Assembly (NCBI RefSeq): GCF_009914755.1
Contig: NC_060933.1
Direction: 5' to 3' (one strand)
Origin: the human T2T-CHM13v2.0 reference genome, Homo sapiens
DNA: 64,000 bases
How positions within the stretch are numbered: position 1 is the stretch's first letter; each line of letters opens with the position of its first letter. The translations under genes were made by a program, and so were the position numbers. Below the pieces are notes generated by a model that saw only the letters and a list, made by a program, of their open reading frames with translations, had not been told where the DNA came from and did no database searches. Below are positions 52,229-64,000 of the stretch, piece after piece.

Positions 52229-54780
52229 CATTCTCAGAAACTTCCTTGTGATGTGTGTACTCAAGTAACAGAGTTGAACCTTCCTTTTGACAGAGCAGTT
52301 TTGAAGCACTCTTTTTGTAGAATCTGCAAGTGGATATTTTGATACCTTTGAGGATTTCGTTGGACACGGGATATCTTCATATAAAATCTAGACAGAAGCA
52401 TTCTCAGAAACTTCTTTGTGCTGTATGTCCTCAATTAACAGAGTTGAACCTTTGTGTGGATACAGCATTTTGGAAACATTCCTTTAGTAGAATCTGCAGG
52501 TGGATATTCGGATAGCTTTGAAGGTTTCGTTGGAAACGGGAATATCTTCATATAAAATCTAGACGGAAGCATTCTCAGAAACTGCTTTGTGATGTTTTCA
52601 TTCAAGTCACAGAGTAGAATGTTCCCTGTTATATACCAGGTTTGAGACACTCTTTCTGCACTACCTGGAAGTGGACGTTTGGAGCGCTTTGAGGCCTATG
52701 TTGAAAAAGGAAATATCTTCCCATAAAAACTAGACAGAAGCATTCTCAGAAACTTGTTTGTGATGTGTGTATTCAACTAACAGAGATGAACCTTTCTTTT
52801 TACAGAGCAGTTTTGAAACACTCTTTTTGTGGAATCTGAAAGTGGATATTTGGATAGCTTTGAGGATTTCGTTGGAAACGGGATTACATATAAAACCTAG
52901 AGAGAAGCATTCTCAGGAACTTCTTTGTGATGTTTGCATTCAAGTCACAGAACTGAACATTCCCTTTCATAGAGCAGGTTTGAAACACTCTTTCTGTAGT
53001 ATCTGCAAGCTGACGTTTCAAGCGCTTTCAGGCCTATGGTGAGAAAGGAAATATCTTCAAGTAAAAACTAGACAGAAGCATTCTCAGAAACTTATTTGCG
53101 ATGTGTGTTCTCAACTAACAGAGTTGAACCTTTGTTTTGATATGGCATTTTGGAAACACTCTTTTTGTAGAATCTGCAGGTGGATATTCGGATAGCTTTG
53201 AAGGTTTCGTTGGAAACGGGAATATCTTCATATAAAATCTAGACGGAAGCATTCTCAGAAACTGCTTTGTGATGTTTTCATTCAAGTCACAGAGTAGAAT
53301 GTTCCCTGTTATATACCAGGTTTGAGACACTCTTTCTGCACTACCTGGAAGTGGACATTTGCAGCGCTTTGAGGCCTATGATGAAAAAGGAAATATCTTC
53401 CCATAAAAACTAGACAGAAGCATTCTCAGAAACTTGTTTGTGATGTGTGTATTCAACTAACAGAGATGAAACTTTCTTTTTACAGAGCAGTTTTGAAACA
53501 CTCTTTTTGTGGAATCTGAAAGTGGATATTTGGATAGCTTTGAGGATTTCGTTGGAAACGGGATTACATATAAAATCTAGAGAGAAGCATTCTCAGGAAC
53601 TTTTTTGTGATGTTTGCATTCACGTCACAGAACTGAACATTCCCTTTCATAGAGCATGTTTGAAACACTCTTTCTGTAGTATCTGCAAACGGACATTTCA
53701 AACGCTTTCAGGCCTATGGTGAGAAAGGAAATATCTTCAAATAAAAACTAGACAGAAGCATTCTCAGAAACTTATTTGCGATGTGTGTCCTCAACTAACA
53801 GAGTTGAACCTTTCTTTTGATACAACATTTTGGAAACACTCTTTTTGTAGAATCTGCAAGTGGATATTTGAATAGCTTTGAAGGTTTCGTTGGAAACGGG
53901 AATATCTTCATATAAAATCAAGACAGAAGCATTCTCAGAAACTTCTCTGTGATGTTTGCATTCAACTCATAGAGTTGAACACTTCCCTTCATACAGCAGG
54001 ATTGAAACACTCTCTTTGTAATATTTGGAAGTGGACATTTTCAGCGCTTTGAGGCCTATGATGAAAAAGGAAATATCTTCCCATAAAAACTAGACAGAAG
54101 CATTCTCAGAAACTTGTTTGTGATGTGTGTATTCAACTAACAGAGATGAACCTTTCTTTTTACAGAGCAGTTTTGAAACACTCTTTTTGTGGAATCTGAA
54201 AGTGGATATTTGGATAGCTTTGCGGATTTCGTTGGAAACGGGATTACATATAAAATCTAGGGAGAAGCATTCTCAGGAACTTCTTTGTGATGTTTGCATT
54301 CAAGTCACAGAACTGAACATTCCCTTTCATAGAGCATGTTTGAAACACTCTTTCTGTAGTATCTGCAAGCGGACGTTTTAAGCGCTTTCAGGCCTGTGGT
54401 GAGAAAGGAAATATCTTCAAATAAAAACTAGACAGAAGCATTCTCAGAAACTTATTTGCGATGTGTGTCCTCAACTAACAGAGTTGAACCTTTCTTTTGA
54501 TACAACATTTTGGAAACACTCTTTTTGTAGAATCTGCAAGTGGATATTTGGATAGCTTTGAAGGTTTCGTTGGAAACGGGAATATCTTCATATGAAATCA
54601 AGACAGAAGCATTCTCAGAAACTTCTCTGTGATGTTTGCATTCAACTCATAGAGTTGAACACTTCCCTTCATACAGCAGGTTTGAAACACTCTTTTTCTA
54701 ATATTTGGAAGTGGACATTTGCAGCGCTTTGAGGCCTATGTTGAAAAAGGAAATATCTTCTCCTAAAAACCAGACAGAAG
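52229..54780 (+). repeat. HOR U21, 15-mer (X-Y/T1c-T1d-T2-T3-T4), 2552 bp
   Basis: Y/T1c junction at 52487-52498. Confidence 0.92.
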
Positions 54781-57331
54781 CATTCTCAGAAACTTCCTTG
54801 TGATGTGTGTACTCAAGTAACAGAGTTGAACCTTCCTTTTGACAGAGCAGTTTTGAAGCACTCTTTTTGTAGAATCTGCAAGTGGATATTTTGATACCTT
54901 TGAGGATTTCGTTGGACACGGGATATCTTCATATAAAATCTAGACAGAAGCATTCTCAGAAACTTCTTTGTGCTGTATGTCCTCAATTAACAGAGTTGAA
55001 CCTTTGTGTGGATACAGCATTTTGGAAACATTCCTTTAGTAGAATCTGCAAGTTGATATTTAGATAGCTAGGAAGATTTCCTTGGAAACGGGAATATCTT
55101 CATATAAAATCTAGACGGAAGCATTCTCAGAAAGTGCTTTGTGATGTTTGCATTCAAGTCACAGAGTTGAATATTCCCTTTTATAGAGCAGGTTTGAAAC
55201 ACTCTTTCTGCACTACCTGGAAGTGGACATTTGGAGCGCTTTGAGGCCTATGTTGAAAAAGGAAATATCTTCCCATAAAAACTAGACAGAAGCATTCTCA
55301 GAAACTTGTTTGTGATGTGTGTATTCAACTAACAGAGATGAACCTTTCTTTTTACAGAGCAGTTTTGAAACACTCTTTTTGTGGAATCTGAAAGTGGATA
55401 TTTGGATAGCTTTGAGGATTTCGTTGGAAACGGGATTACATATAAAACCTAGAGAGAAGCATTCTCAGGAACTTCTTTGTGATGTTTGCATTCAAGTCAC
55501 AGAACTGAACATTCCCTTTCATAGAGCAGGTTTGAAACACTCTTTCTGTGGTATCTGCAAGCTGACGTTTCAAGCGCTTTCAGGCCTATGGTGAGAAAGG
55601 AAATATCTTCAAGTAAAAACTAGACAGAAGCATTCTCAGAAACTTATTTGCCATGTGTGTTCTCAACTAACAGAGTTGAACCTTTGTTTTGATACGGCAT
55701 TTTGGAAACACTCTTTTGTAGAATCTGCAGGTGGATATTCGGATAGCTTTGAAGGTTTCGTTGGAAACGGGAATATCTTCATATAAAATCTAGACGGAAG
55801 CATTCTCAGAAACTGCTTTGTGATGTTTTCATTCAAGTCACAGAGTAGAATGTTCCCTGTTATATACCAGGTTTGAGACACTCTTTCTGCACTACCTGGA
55901 AGTGGATGTTTGGAGCGCTTTGAGGCCTATGTTGAAAAAGGAAATATCTTCCCATAAAAACTAGACAGAAGCATTCTCAGAAACTTGTTTGTGATGTGTG
56001 TATTCAACTAACAGAGATGAACCTTTCTTTTTACAGAGCAGTTTTGAAACACTCTTTTTGTGGAATCTGAAAGTGGATATTTGGATAGCTTTGAGGATTT
56101 CGTTGGAAACGGGATTACATATAAAACCTAGAGAGAAGCATTCTCAGGAACTTCTTTGTGATGTTTGCATTCAAGTCACAGAACTGAACATTCCCTTTCA
56201 TAGAGCAGGTTTGAAACACTCTTTCTGTAGTATCTGCAAGCTGACGTTTCAAGCGCTTTCAGGCCTATGGTGAGAAAGGAAATATCTTCAAGTAAAAACT
56301 AGACAGAAGCATTCTCAGAAACTTATTTGCGATGTGTGTTCTCAACTAACAGAGTTGAACCTTTGTTTTGATATGGCATTTTGGAAACACTCTTTTTGTA
56401 GAATCTGCAGGTGGATATTCGGATAGCTTTGAAGGTTTCGTTGGAAACGGGAATATCTTCATATAAAATCTAGACGGAAGCATTCTCAGAAACTGCTTTG
56501 TGATGTTTTCATTCAAGTCACAGAGTAGAATGTTCCCTGTTATATACCAGGTTTGAGACACTCTTTCTGCACTACCTGGAAGTGGACATTTGCAGCGCTT
56601 TGAGGCCTATGATGAAAAAGGAAATATCTTCCCATAAAAACTAGACAGAAGCATTCTCAGAAACTTGTTTGTGATGTTTGTATTCAACTAACAGAGATGA
56701 ACCTTTCTTTTTACAGAGCAGTTTTGAAACACTCTTTTTGTGGAATCTGAAAGTGGATATTTGGATAGCTTTGAGGATTTCGTTGGAAACGGGATTACAT
56801 ATAAAATCTAGAGAGAAGCATTCTCAGGAACTTCTTTGTGATGTTTGCATTCACGTCACAGAACTGAACATTCCCTTTCATAGAGCATGTTTGAAACACT
56901 CTTTCTGTAGTATCTGCAAACGGACATTTCAAACGCTTTCAGGCCTATGGTGAGAAAGGAAATATCTTCAAATAAAAACTAGACAGAAGCATTCTCAGAA
57001 ACTTATTTGCGATGTGTGTCCTCAACTAACAGAGTTGAACCTTTCTTTTGATACAACATTTTGGAAACACTCTTTTTGTAGAATCTGCAAGTGGATATTT
57101 GAATAGCTTTGAAGGTTTCGTTGGAAACGGGAATATCTTCATATAAAATCAAGACAGAAGCATTCTCAGAAACTTCTCTGTGATGTTTGCATTCAACTCA
57201 TAGAGTTGAACACTTCCCTTCATACAGCAGGTTTGAAACACTCTTTTTCTAATATTTGGAAGTGGACATTTGCAGCGCTTTGAGGCCTATGTTGAAAAAG
57301 GAAATATCTTCTCCTAAAAACCAGACAGAAG
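54781..57331 (+). repeat. HOR U22, 15-mer (matches U1), 2551 bp
   Basis: Same private variants as U1, including the 1-bp deletion. Confidence 0.92.
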
Positions 57332-59883
57332 CATTCTCAGAAACTTCCTTGTGATGTGTGTACTCAAGTAACAGAGTTGAACCTTCCTTTTGACAGAGCA
57401 GTTTTGAAGCACTCTTTTTGTAGAATCTGCAAGTGGATATTTTGATACCTTTGAGGATTTCGTTGGACACGGGATATCTTCATATAAAATCTAGACAGAA
57501 GCATTCTCAGAAACTTCTTTGTGCTGTATGTCCTCAATTAACAGAGTTGAACCTTTGTGTGGATACAGCATTTTGGAAACATTCCTTTAGTAGAATCTGC
57601 AGGTGGATATTCGGATAGCTTTGAAGGTTTCGTTGGAAACGGGAATATCTTCATATAAAATCTAGACGGAAGCATTCTCAGAAACTGCTTTGTGATGTTT
57701 TCATTCAAGTCACAGAGTAGAATGTTCCCTGTTATATACCAGGTTTGAGACACTCTTTCTGCACTACCTGGAAGTGGACGTTTGGAGCGCTTTGAGGCCT
57801 ATGTTGAAAAAGGAAATATCTTCCCATAAAAACTAGACAGAAGCATTCTCAGAAACTTGTTTGTGATGTGTGTATTCAACTAACAGAGATGAACCTTTCT
57901 TTTTACAGAGCAGTTTTGAAACACTCTTTTTGTGGAATCTGAAAGTGGATATTTGGATAGCTTTGAGGATTTCGTTGGAAACGGGATTACATATAAAACC
58001 TAGAGAGAAGCATTCTCAGGAACTTCTTTGTGATGTTTGCATTCAAGTCACAGAACTGAACATTCCCTTTCATAGAGCAGGTTTGAAACACTCTTTCTGT
58101 AGTATCTGCAAGCTGACGTTTCAAGCGCTTTCAGGCCTATGGTGAGAAAGGAAATATCTTCAAGTAAAAACTAGACAGAAGCATTCTCAGAAACTTATTT
58201 GCGATGTGTGTTCTCAACTAACAGAGTTGAACCTTTGTTTTGATATGGCATTTTGGAAACACTCTTTTTGTAGAATCTGCAGGTGGATATTCGGATAGCT
58301 TTGAAGGTTTCGTTGGAAACGGGAATATCTTCATATAAAATCTAGACGGAAGCATTCTCAGAAACTGCTTTGTGATGTTTTCATTCAAGTCACAGAGTAG
58401 AATGTTCCCTGTTATATACCAGGTTTGAGACACTCTTTCTGCACTACCTGGAAGTGGACATTTGCAGCGCTTTGAGGCCTATGATGAAAAAGGAAATATC
58501 TTCCCATAAAAACTAGACAGAAGCATTCTCAGAAACTTGTTTGTGATGTGTGTATTCAACTAACAGAGATGAAACTTTCTTTTTACAGAGCAGTTTTGAA
58601 ACACTCTTTTTGTGGAATCTGAAAGTGGATATTTGGATAGCTTTGAGGATTTCGTTGGAAACGGGATTACATATAAAATCTAGAGAGAAGCATTCTCAGG
58701 AACTTTTTTGTGATGTTTGCATTCACGTCACAGAACTGAACATTCCCTTTCATAGAGCATGTTTGAAACACTCTTTCTGTAGTATCTGCAAACGGACATT
58801 TCAAACGCTTTCAGGCCTATGGTGAGAAAGGAAATATCTTCAAATAAAAACTAGACAGAAGCATTCTCAGAAACTTATTTGCGATGTGTGTCCTCAACTA
58901 ACAGAGTTGAACCTTTCTTTTGATACAACATTTTGGAAACACTCTTTTTGTAGAATCTGCAAGTGGATATTTGAATAGCTTTGAAGGTTTCGTTGGAAAC
59001 GGGAATATCTTCATATAAAATCAAGACAGAAGCATTCTCAGAAACTTCTCTGTGATGTTTGCATTCAACTCATAGAGTTGAACACTTCCCTTCATACAGC
59101 AGGATTGAAACACTCTCTTTGTAATATTTGGAAGTGGACATTTTCAGCGCTTTGAGGCCTATGATGAAAAAGGAAATATCTTCCCATAAAAACTAGACAG
59201 AAGCATTCTCAGAAACTTGTTTGTGATGTGTGTATTCAACTAACAGAGATGAACCTTTCTTTTTACAGAGCAGTTTTGAAACACTCTTTTTGTGGAATCT
59301 GAAAGTGGATATTTGGATAGCTTTGCGGATTTCGTTGGAAACGGGATTACATATAAAATCTAGGGAGAAGCATTCTCAGGAACTTCTTTGTGATGTTTGC
59401 ATTCAAGTCACAGAACTGAACATTCCCTTTCATAGAGCATGTTTGAAACACTCTTTCTGTAGTATCTGCAAGCGGACGTTTTAAGCGCTTTCAGGCCTGT
59501 GGTGAGAAAGGAAATATCTTCAAATAAAAACTAGACAGAAGCATTCTCAGAAACTTATTTGCGATGTGTGTCCTCAACTAACAGAGTTGAACCTTTCTTT
59601 TGATACAACATTTTGGAAACACTCTTTTTGTAGAATCTGCAAGTGGATATTTGGATAGCTTTGAAGGTTTCGTTGGAAACGGGAATATCTTCATATGAAA
59701 TCAAGACAGAAGCATTCTCAGAAACTTCTCTGTGATGTTTGCATTCAACTCATAGAGTTGAACACTTCCCTTCATACAGCAGGTTTGAAACACTCTTTTT
59801 CTAATATTTGGAAGTGGACATTTGCAGCGCTTTGAGGCCTATGTTGAAAAAGGAAATATCTTCTCCTAAAAACCAGACAGAAG
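57332..59883 (+). repeat. HOR U23, 15-mer (copy of U21), 2552 bp
   Basis: Y/T1c junction at 57590-57601; GAAACTTTCT and GAACTTTTTTG variants. Confidence 0.92.
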
Positions 59884-62433
59884 CATTCTCAGAAACTTCC
59901 TTGTGATGTGTGTACTCAAGTAACAGAGTTGAACCTTCCTTTTGACAGAGCAGTTTTGAAGCACTCTTTTTGTAGAATCTGCAAGTGGATATTTTGATAC
60001 CTTTGAGGATTTCGTTGGACACGGGATATCTTCATATAAAATCTAGACAGAAGCATTCTCAGAAACTTCTTTGTGCTGTATGTCCTCAATTAACAGAGTT
60101 GAACCTTTGTGTGGATACAGCATTTTGGAAACATTCCTTTAGTAGAATCTGCAAGTTGATATTTAGATAGCTAGGAAGATTTCCTTGGAAACGGGAATAT
60201 CTTCATATAAAATCTAGACGGAAGCATTCTCAGAAAGTGCTTTGTGATGTTTGCATTCAAGTCACAGAGTTGAATATTCCCTTTTATAGAGCAGGTTTGA
60301 AACACTCTTTCTGCACTACCTGGAAGTGGACATTTGGAGCGCTTTGAGGCCTATGTTGAAAAAGGAAATATCTTCCCATAAAAACTAGACAGAAGCATTC
60401 TCAGAAACTTGTTTGTGATGTGTGTATTCAACTAACAGAGATGAACCTTTCTTTTTACAGAGCAGTTTTGAAACACTCTTTTTGTGGAATCTGAAAGTGG
60501 ATATTTGGATAGCTTTGAGGATTTCGTTGGAAACGGGATTACATATAAAACCTAGAGAGAAGCATTCTCAGGAACTTCTTTGTGATGTTTGCATTCAAGT
60601 CACAGAACTGAACATTCCCTTTCATAGAGCAGGTTTGAAACACTCTTTCTGTGGTATCTGCAAGCTGACGTTTCAAGCGCTTTCAGGCCTATGGTGAGAA
60701 AGGAAATATCTTCAAGTAAAAACTAGACAGAAGCATTCTCAGAAACTTATTTGCCATGTGTGTTCTCAACTAACAGAGTTGAACCTTTGTTTTGATACGG
60801 CATTTTGGAAACACTCTTTTTGTAGAATCTGCAGGTGGATATTCGGATAGCTTTGAAGGTTTCGTTGGAAACGGGAATATCTTCATATAAAATCTAGACG
60901 GAAGCATTCTCAGAAACTGCTTTGTGATGTTTTCATTCAAGTCACAGAGTAGAATGTTCCCTGTTATATACCAGGTTTGAGACACTCTTTCTGCACTACC
61001 TGGAAGTGGATGTTTGGAGCGCTTTGAGGCCTATGTTGAAAAAGGAAATATCTTCCCATAAAAACTAGACAGAAGCATTCTCAGAAACTTGTTTGTGATG
61101 TGTGTATTCAACTAACAGAGATGAACCTTTCTTTTTACAGAGCAGTTTTGAAACACTCTTTTTGTGGAATCTGAAAGTGGATATTTGGATAGCTTTGAGG
61201 ATTTCGTTGGAAACGGGATTACATATAAAACCTAGAGAAGCATTCTCAGGAACTTCTTTGTGATGTTTGCATTCAAGTCACAGAACTGAACATTCCCTTT
61301 CATAGAGCAGGTTTGAAACACTCTTTCTGTAGTATCTGCAAGCTGACGTTTCAAGCGCTTTCAGGCCTATGGTGAGAAAGGAAATATCTTCAAGTAAAAA
61401 CTAGACAGAAGCATTCTCAGAAACTTATTTGCGATGTGTGTTCTCAACTAACAGAGTTGAACCTTTGTTTTGATATGGCATTTTGGAAACACTCTTTTTG
61501 TAGAATCTGCAGGTGGATATTCGGATAGCTTTGAAGGTTTCGTTGGAAACGGGAATATCTTCATATAAAATCTAGACGGAAGCATTCTCAGAAACTGCTT
61601 TGTGATGTTTTCATTCAAGTCACAGAGTAGAATGTTCCCTGTTATATACCAGGTTTGAGACACTCTTTCTGCACTACCTGGAAGTGGACATTTGCAGCGC
61701 TTTGAGGCCTATGATGAAAAAGGAAATATCTTCCCATAAAAACTAGACAGAAGCATTCTCAGAAACTTGTTTGTGATGTTTGTATTCAACTAACAGAGAT
61801 GAACCTTTCTTTTTACAGAGCAGTTTTGAAACACTCTTTTTGTGGAATCTGAAAGTGGATATTTGGATAGCTTTGAGGATTTCGTTGGAAACGGGATTAC
61901 ATATAAAATCTAGAGAGAAGCATTCTCAGGAACTTCTTTGTGATGTTTGCATTCACGTCACAGAACTGAACATTCCCTTTCATAGAGCATGTTTGAAACA
62001 CTCTTTCTGTAGTATCTGCAAACGGACATTTCAAACGCTTTCAGGCCTATGGTGAGAAAGGAAATATCTTCAAATAAAAACTAGACAGAAGCATTCTCAG
62101 AAACTTATTTGCGATGTGTGTCCTCAACTAACAGAGTTGAACCTTTCTTTTGATACAACATTTTGGAAACACTCTTTTTGTAGAATCTGCAAGTGGATAT
62201 TTGAATAGCTTTGAAGGTTTCGTTGGAAACGGGAATATCTTCATATAAAATCAAGACAGAAGCATTCTCAGAAACTTCTCTGTGATGTTTGCATTCAACT
62301 CATAGAGTTGAACACTTCCCTTCATACAGCAGGTTTGAAACACTCTTTTTCTAATATTTGGAAGTGGACATTTGCAGCGCTTTGAGGCCTATGTTGAAAA
62401 AGGAAATATCTTCTCCTAAAAACCAGACAGAAG
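59884..62433 (+). repeat. HOR U24, 15-mer (sister of U22), 2550 bp
   Basis: 2-bp AG deletion CCTAGAGAAG near 61235. Confidence 0.92.
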
Positions 62434-64000
62434 CATTCTCAGAAACTTCCTTGTGATGTGTGTACTCAAGTAACAGAGTTGAACCTTCCTTTTGACAGAG
62501 CAGTTTTGAAGCACTCTTTTTGTAGAATCTGCAAGTGGATATTTTGATACCTTTGAGGATTTCGTTGGACACGGGATATCTTCATATAAAATCTAGACAG
62601 AAGCATTCTCAGAAACTTCTTTGTGCTGTATGTCCTCAATTAACAGAGTTGAACCTTTGTGTGGATACAGCATTTTGGAAACATTCCTTTAGTAGAATCT
62701 GCAGGTGGATATTCGGATAGCTTTGAAGGTTTCGTTGGAAACGGGAATATCTTCATATAAAATCTAGACGGAAGCATTCTCAGAAACTGCTTTGTGATGT
62801 TTTCATTCAAGTCACAGAGTAGAATGTTCCCTGTTATATACCAGGTTTGAGACACTCTTTCTGCACTACCTGGAAGTGGACGTTTGGAGCGCTTTGAGGC
62901 CTATGTTGAAAAAGGAAATATCTTCCCATAAAAACTAGACAGAAGCATTCTCAGAAACTTGTTTGTGATGTGTGTATTCAACTAACAGAGATGAACCTTT
63001 CTTTTTACAGAGCAGTTTTGAAACACTCTTTTTGTGGAATCTGAAAGTGGATATTTGGATAGCTTTGAGGATTTCGTTGGAAACGGGATTACATATAAAA
63101 CCTAGAGAGAAGCATTCTCAGGAACTTCTTTGTGATGTTTGCATTCAAGTCACAGAACTGAACATTCCCTTTCATAGAGCAGGTTTGAAACACTCTTTCT
63201 GTAGTATCTGCAAGCTGACGTTTCAAGCGCTTTCAGGCCTATGGTGAGAAAGGAAATATCTTCAAGTAAAAACTAGACAGAAGCATTCTCAGAAACTTAT
63301 TTGCGATGTGTGTTCTCAACTAACAGAGTTGAACCTTTGTTTTGATATGGCATTTTGGAAACACTCTTTTTGTAGAATCTGCAGGTGGATATTCGGATAG
63401 CTTTGAAGGTTTCGTTGGAAACGGGAATATCTTCATATAAAATCTAGACGGAAGCATTCTCAGAAACTGCTTTGTGATGTTTTCATTCAAGTCACAGAGT
63501 AGAATGTTCCCTGTTATATACCAGGTTTGAGACACTCTTTCTGCACTACCTGGAAGTGGACATTTGCAGCGCTTTGAGGCCTATGATGAAAAAGGAAATA
63601 TCTTCCCATAAAAACTAGACAGAAGCATTCTCAGAAACTTGTTTGTGATGTGTGTATTCAACTAACAGAGATGAACCTTTCTTTTTACAGAGCAGTTTTG
63701 AAACACTCTTTTTGTGGAATCTGAAAGTGGATATTTGGATAGCTTTGAGGATTTCGTTGGAAACGGGATTACATATAAAATCTAGAGAGAAGCATTCTCA
63801 GGAACTTTTTTGTGATGTTTGCATTCACGTCACAGAACTGAACATTCCCTTTCATAGAGCATGTTTGAAACACTCTTTCTGTAGTATCTGCAAACGGACA
63901 TTTCAAACGCTTTCAGGCCTATGGTGAGAAAGGAAATATCTTCAAATAAAAACTAGACAGAAGCATTCTCAGAAACTTATTTGCGATGTGTGTCCTCAAC
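62434..64000 (+). repeat. HOR U25, partial (U21/U23 type), runs off the window
   Basis: Y/T1c junction at 62692-62703. Confidence 0.9.

Larger units (their letters stand above)
1..64000 (+). repeat. Alpha-satellite higher-order repeat array (SF2-type dimeric), centromeric; probably human chr4 D4Z1 (S2C4H1L)
   Basis: Tandem ~171-bp monomers each beginning CATTCTCAG(A/G)AA throughout, with no interruption or inversion seen. CENP-B boxes TTTCGTTGGAAACGGGA occur in alternate monomers. The ORF track recurs at 680-bp and 1872/2552/3232-bp periods. Alpha satellite is near certain; the chr4 assignment rests on the recalled 19-mer/3.2-kb D4Z1 unit (about 0.75). Confidence 0.99.

Noticed and set aside
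428-63927. More than a hundred short ORFs (61-91 aa) on both strands, e.g. MYSTNRDEPFF..., MSQTWYITG..., MSNEILKG..., MDILIPLR...
   Set aside because: They are chance open frames of the satellite repeated with the HOR period. Many start at GTG/TTG, overlap on opposite strands, are broken freely by stops and frameshifts, and resemble no protein family I recognise.
1-64000. CRISPR-like regularly spaced conserved motif (AGAAGCATTCTCAGAAAC) with intervening sequence
   Set aside because: The intervening sequences are homologous ~150-bp monomer bodies, not unique spacers, and there are no cas genes.
1-64000. Transposon insertions (L1/Alu), inversions or non-alpha islands
   Set aside because: None seen. 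Anchor spacings sum exactly to whole monomers (within 1-2 bp) and the orientation never changes.
1-64000. Assignment to chromosome 9 D9Z4
   Set aside because: It is a closely related sister array sharing the tetramer structure and cannot be fully excluded by eye. However, no 7-mer (1192 bp) units occur and 3232-bp 19-mers do, which favours D4Z1.
1-64000. A previously undescribed gene-encoded biological system
   Set aside because: Nothing in the window supports one. All unusual signals are structural or haplotype variation of a known satellite family.

Overview
The whole 64-kb window is uninterrupted, single-orientation primate (very probably human) centromeric alpha-satellite DNA. Monomers are ~171 bp, and CENP-B-box monomers alternate with pJalpha-type monomers, as in the dimeric suprachromosomal family 2. 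The array is organised as higher-order repeats (HORs) with a fixed 3-monomer anchor (X,Y,Z; 170+171+171 = 512 bp) followed by 2, 3 or 4 copies of a 680-bp tetramer (a,b,c,d; 167+171+171+171). This gives 11-mers (1872 bp), 15-mers (2552 bp) and 19-mers (3232 bp). A 3.2-kb 19-mer with 15-mer variants best fits the active chromosome 4 array D4Z1 (S2C4H1L), whose sister array is D9Z4 on chromosome 9; this assignment is from recall and not from a search. There are 24 complete HOR units plus two partial ones. There are no genes, transposons, RNA genes or CRISPR arrays, and all ORFs in the track are artefacts of the repeat. I cannot support a new gene-based system here. The notable signals are structural: nested multi-HOR duplications (45-mer 7.66 kb, 34-mer 5.78 kb, 30-mer 5.10 kb), a near-identical 4.7-kb copy 54,270 bp away, a duplicated divergent ~0.8-kb tract, several independent deletion breakpoints giving same-size HORs, and a hybrid monomer that creates two adjacent intact CENP-B boxes.
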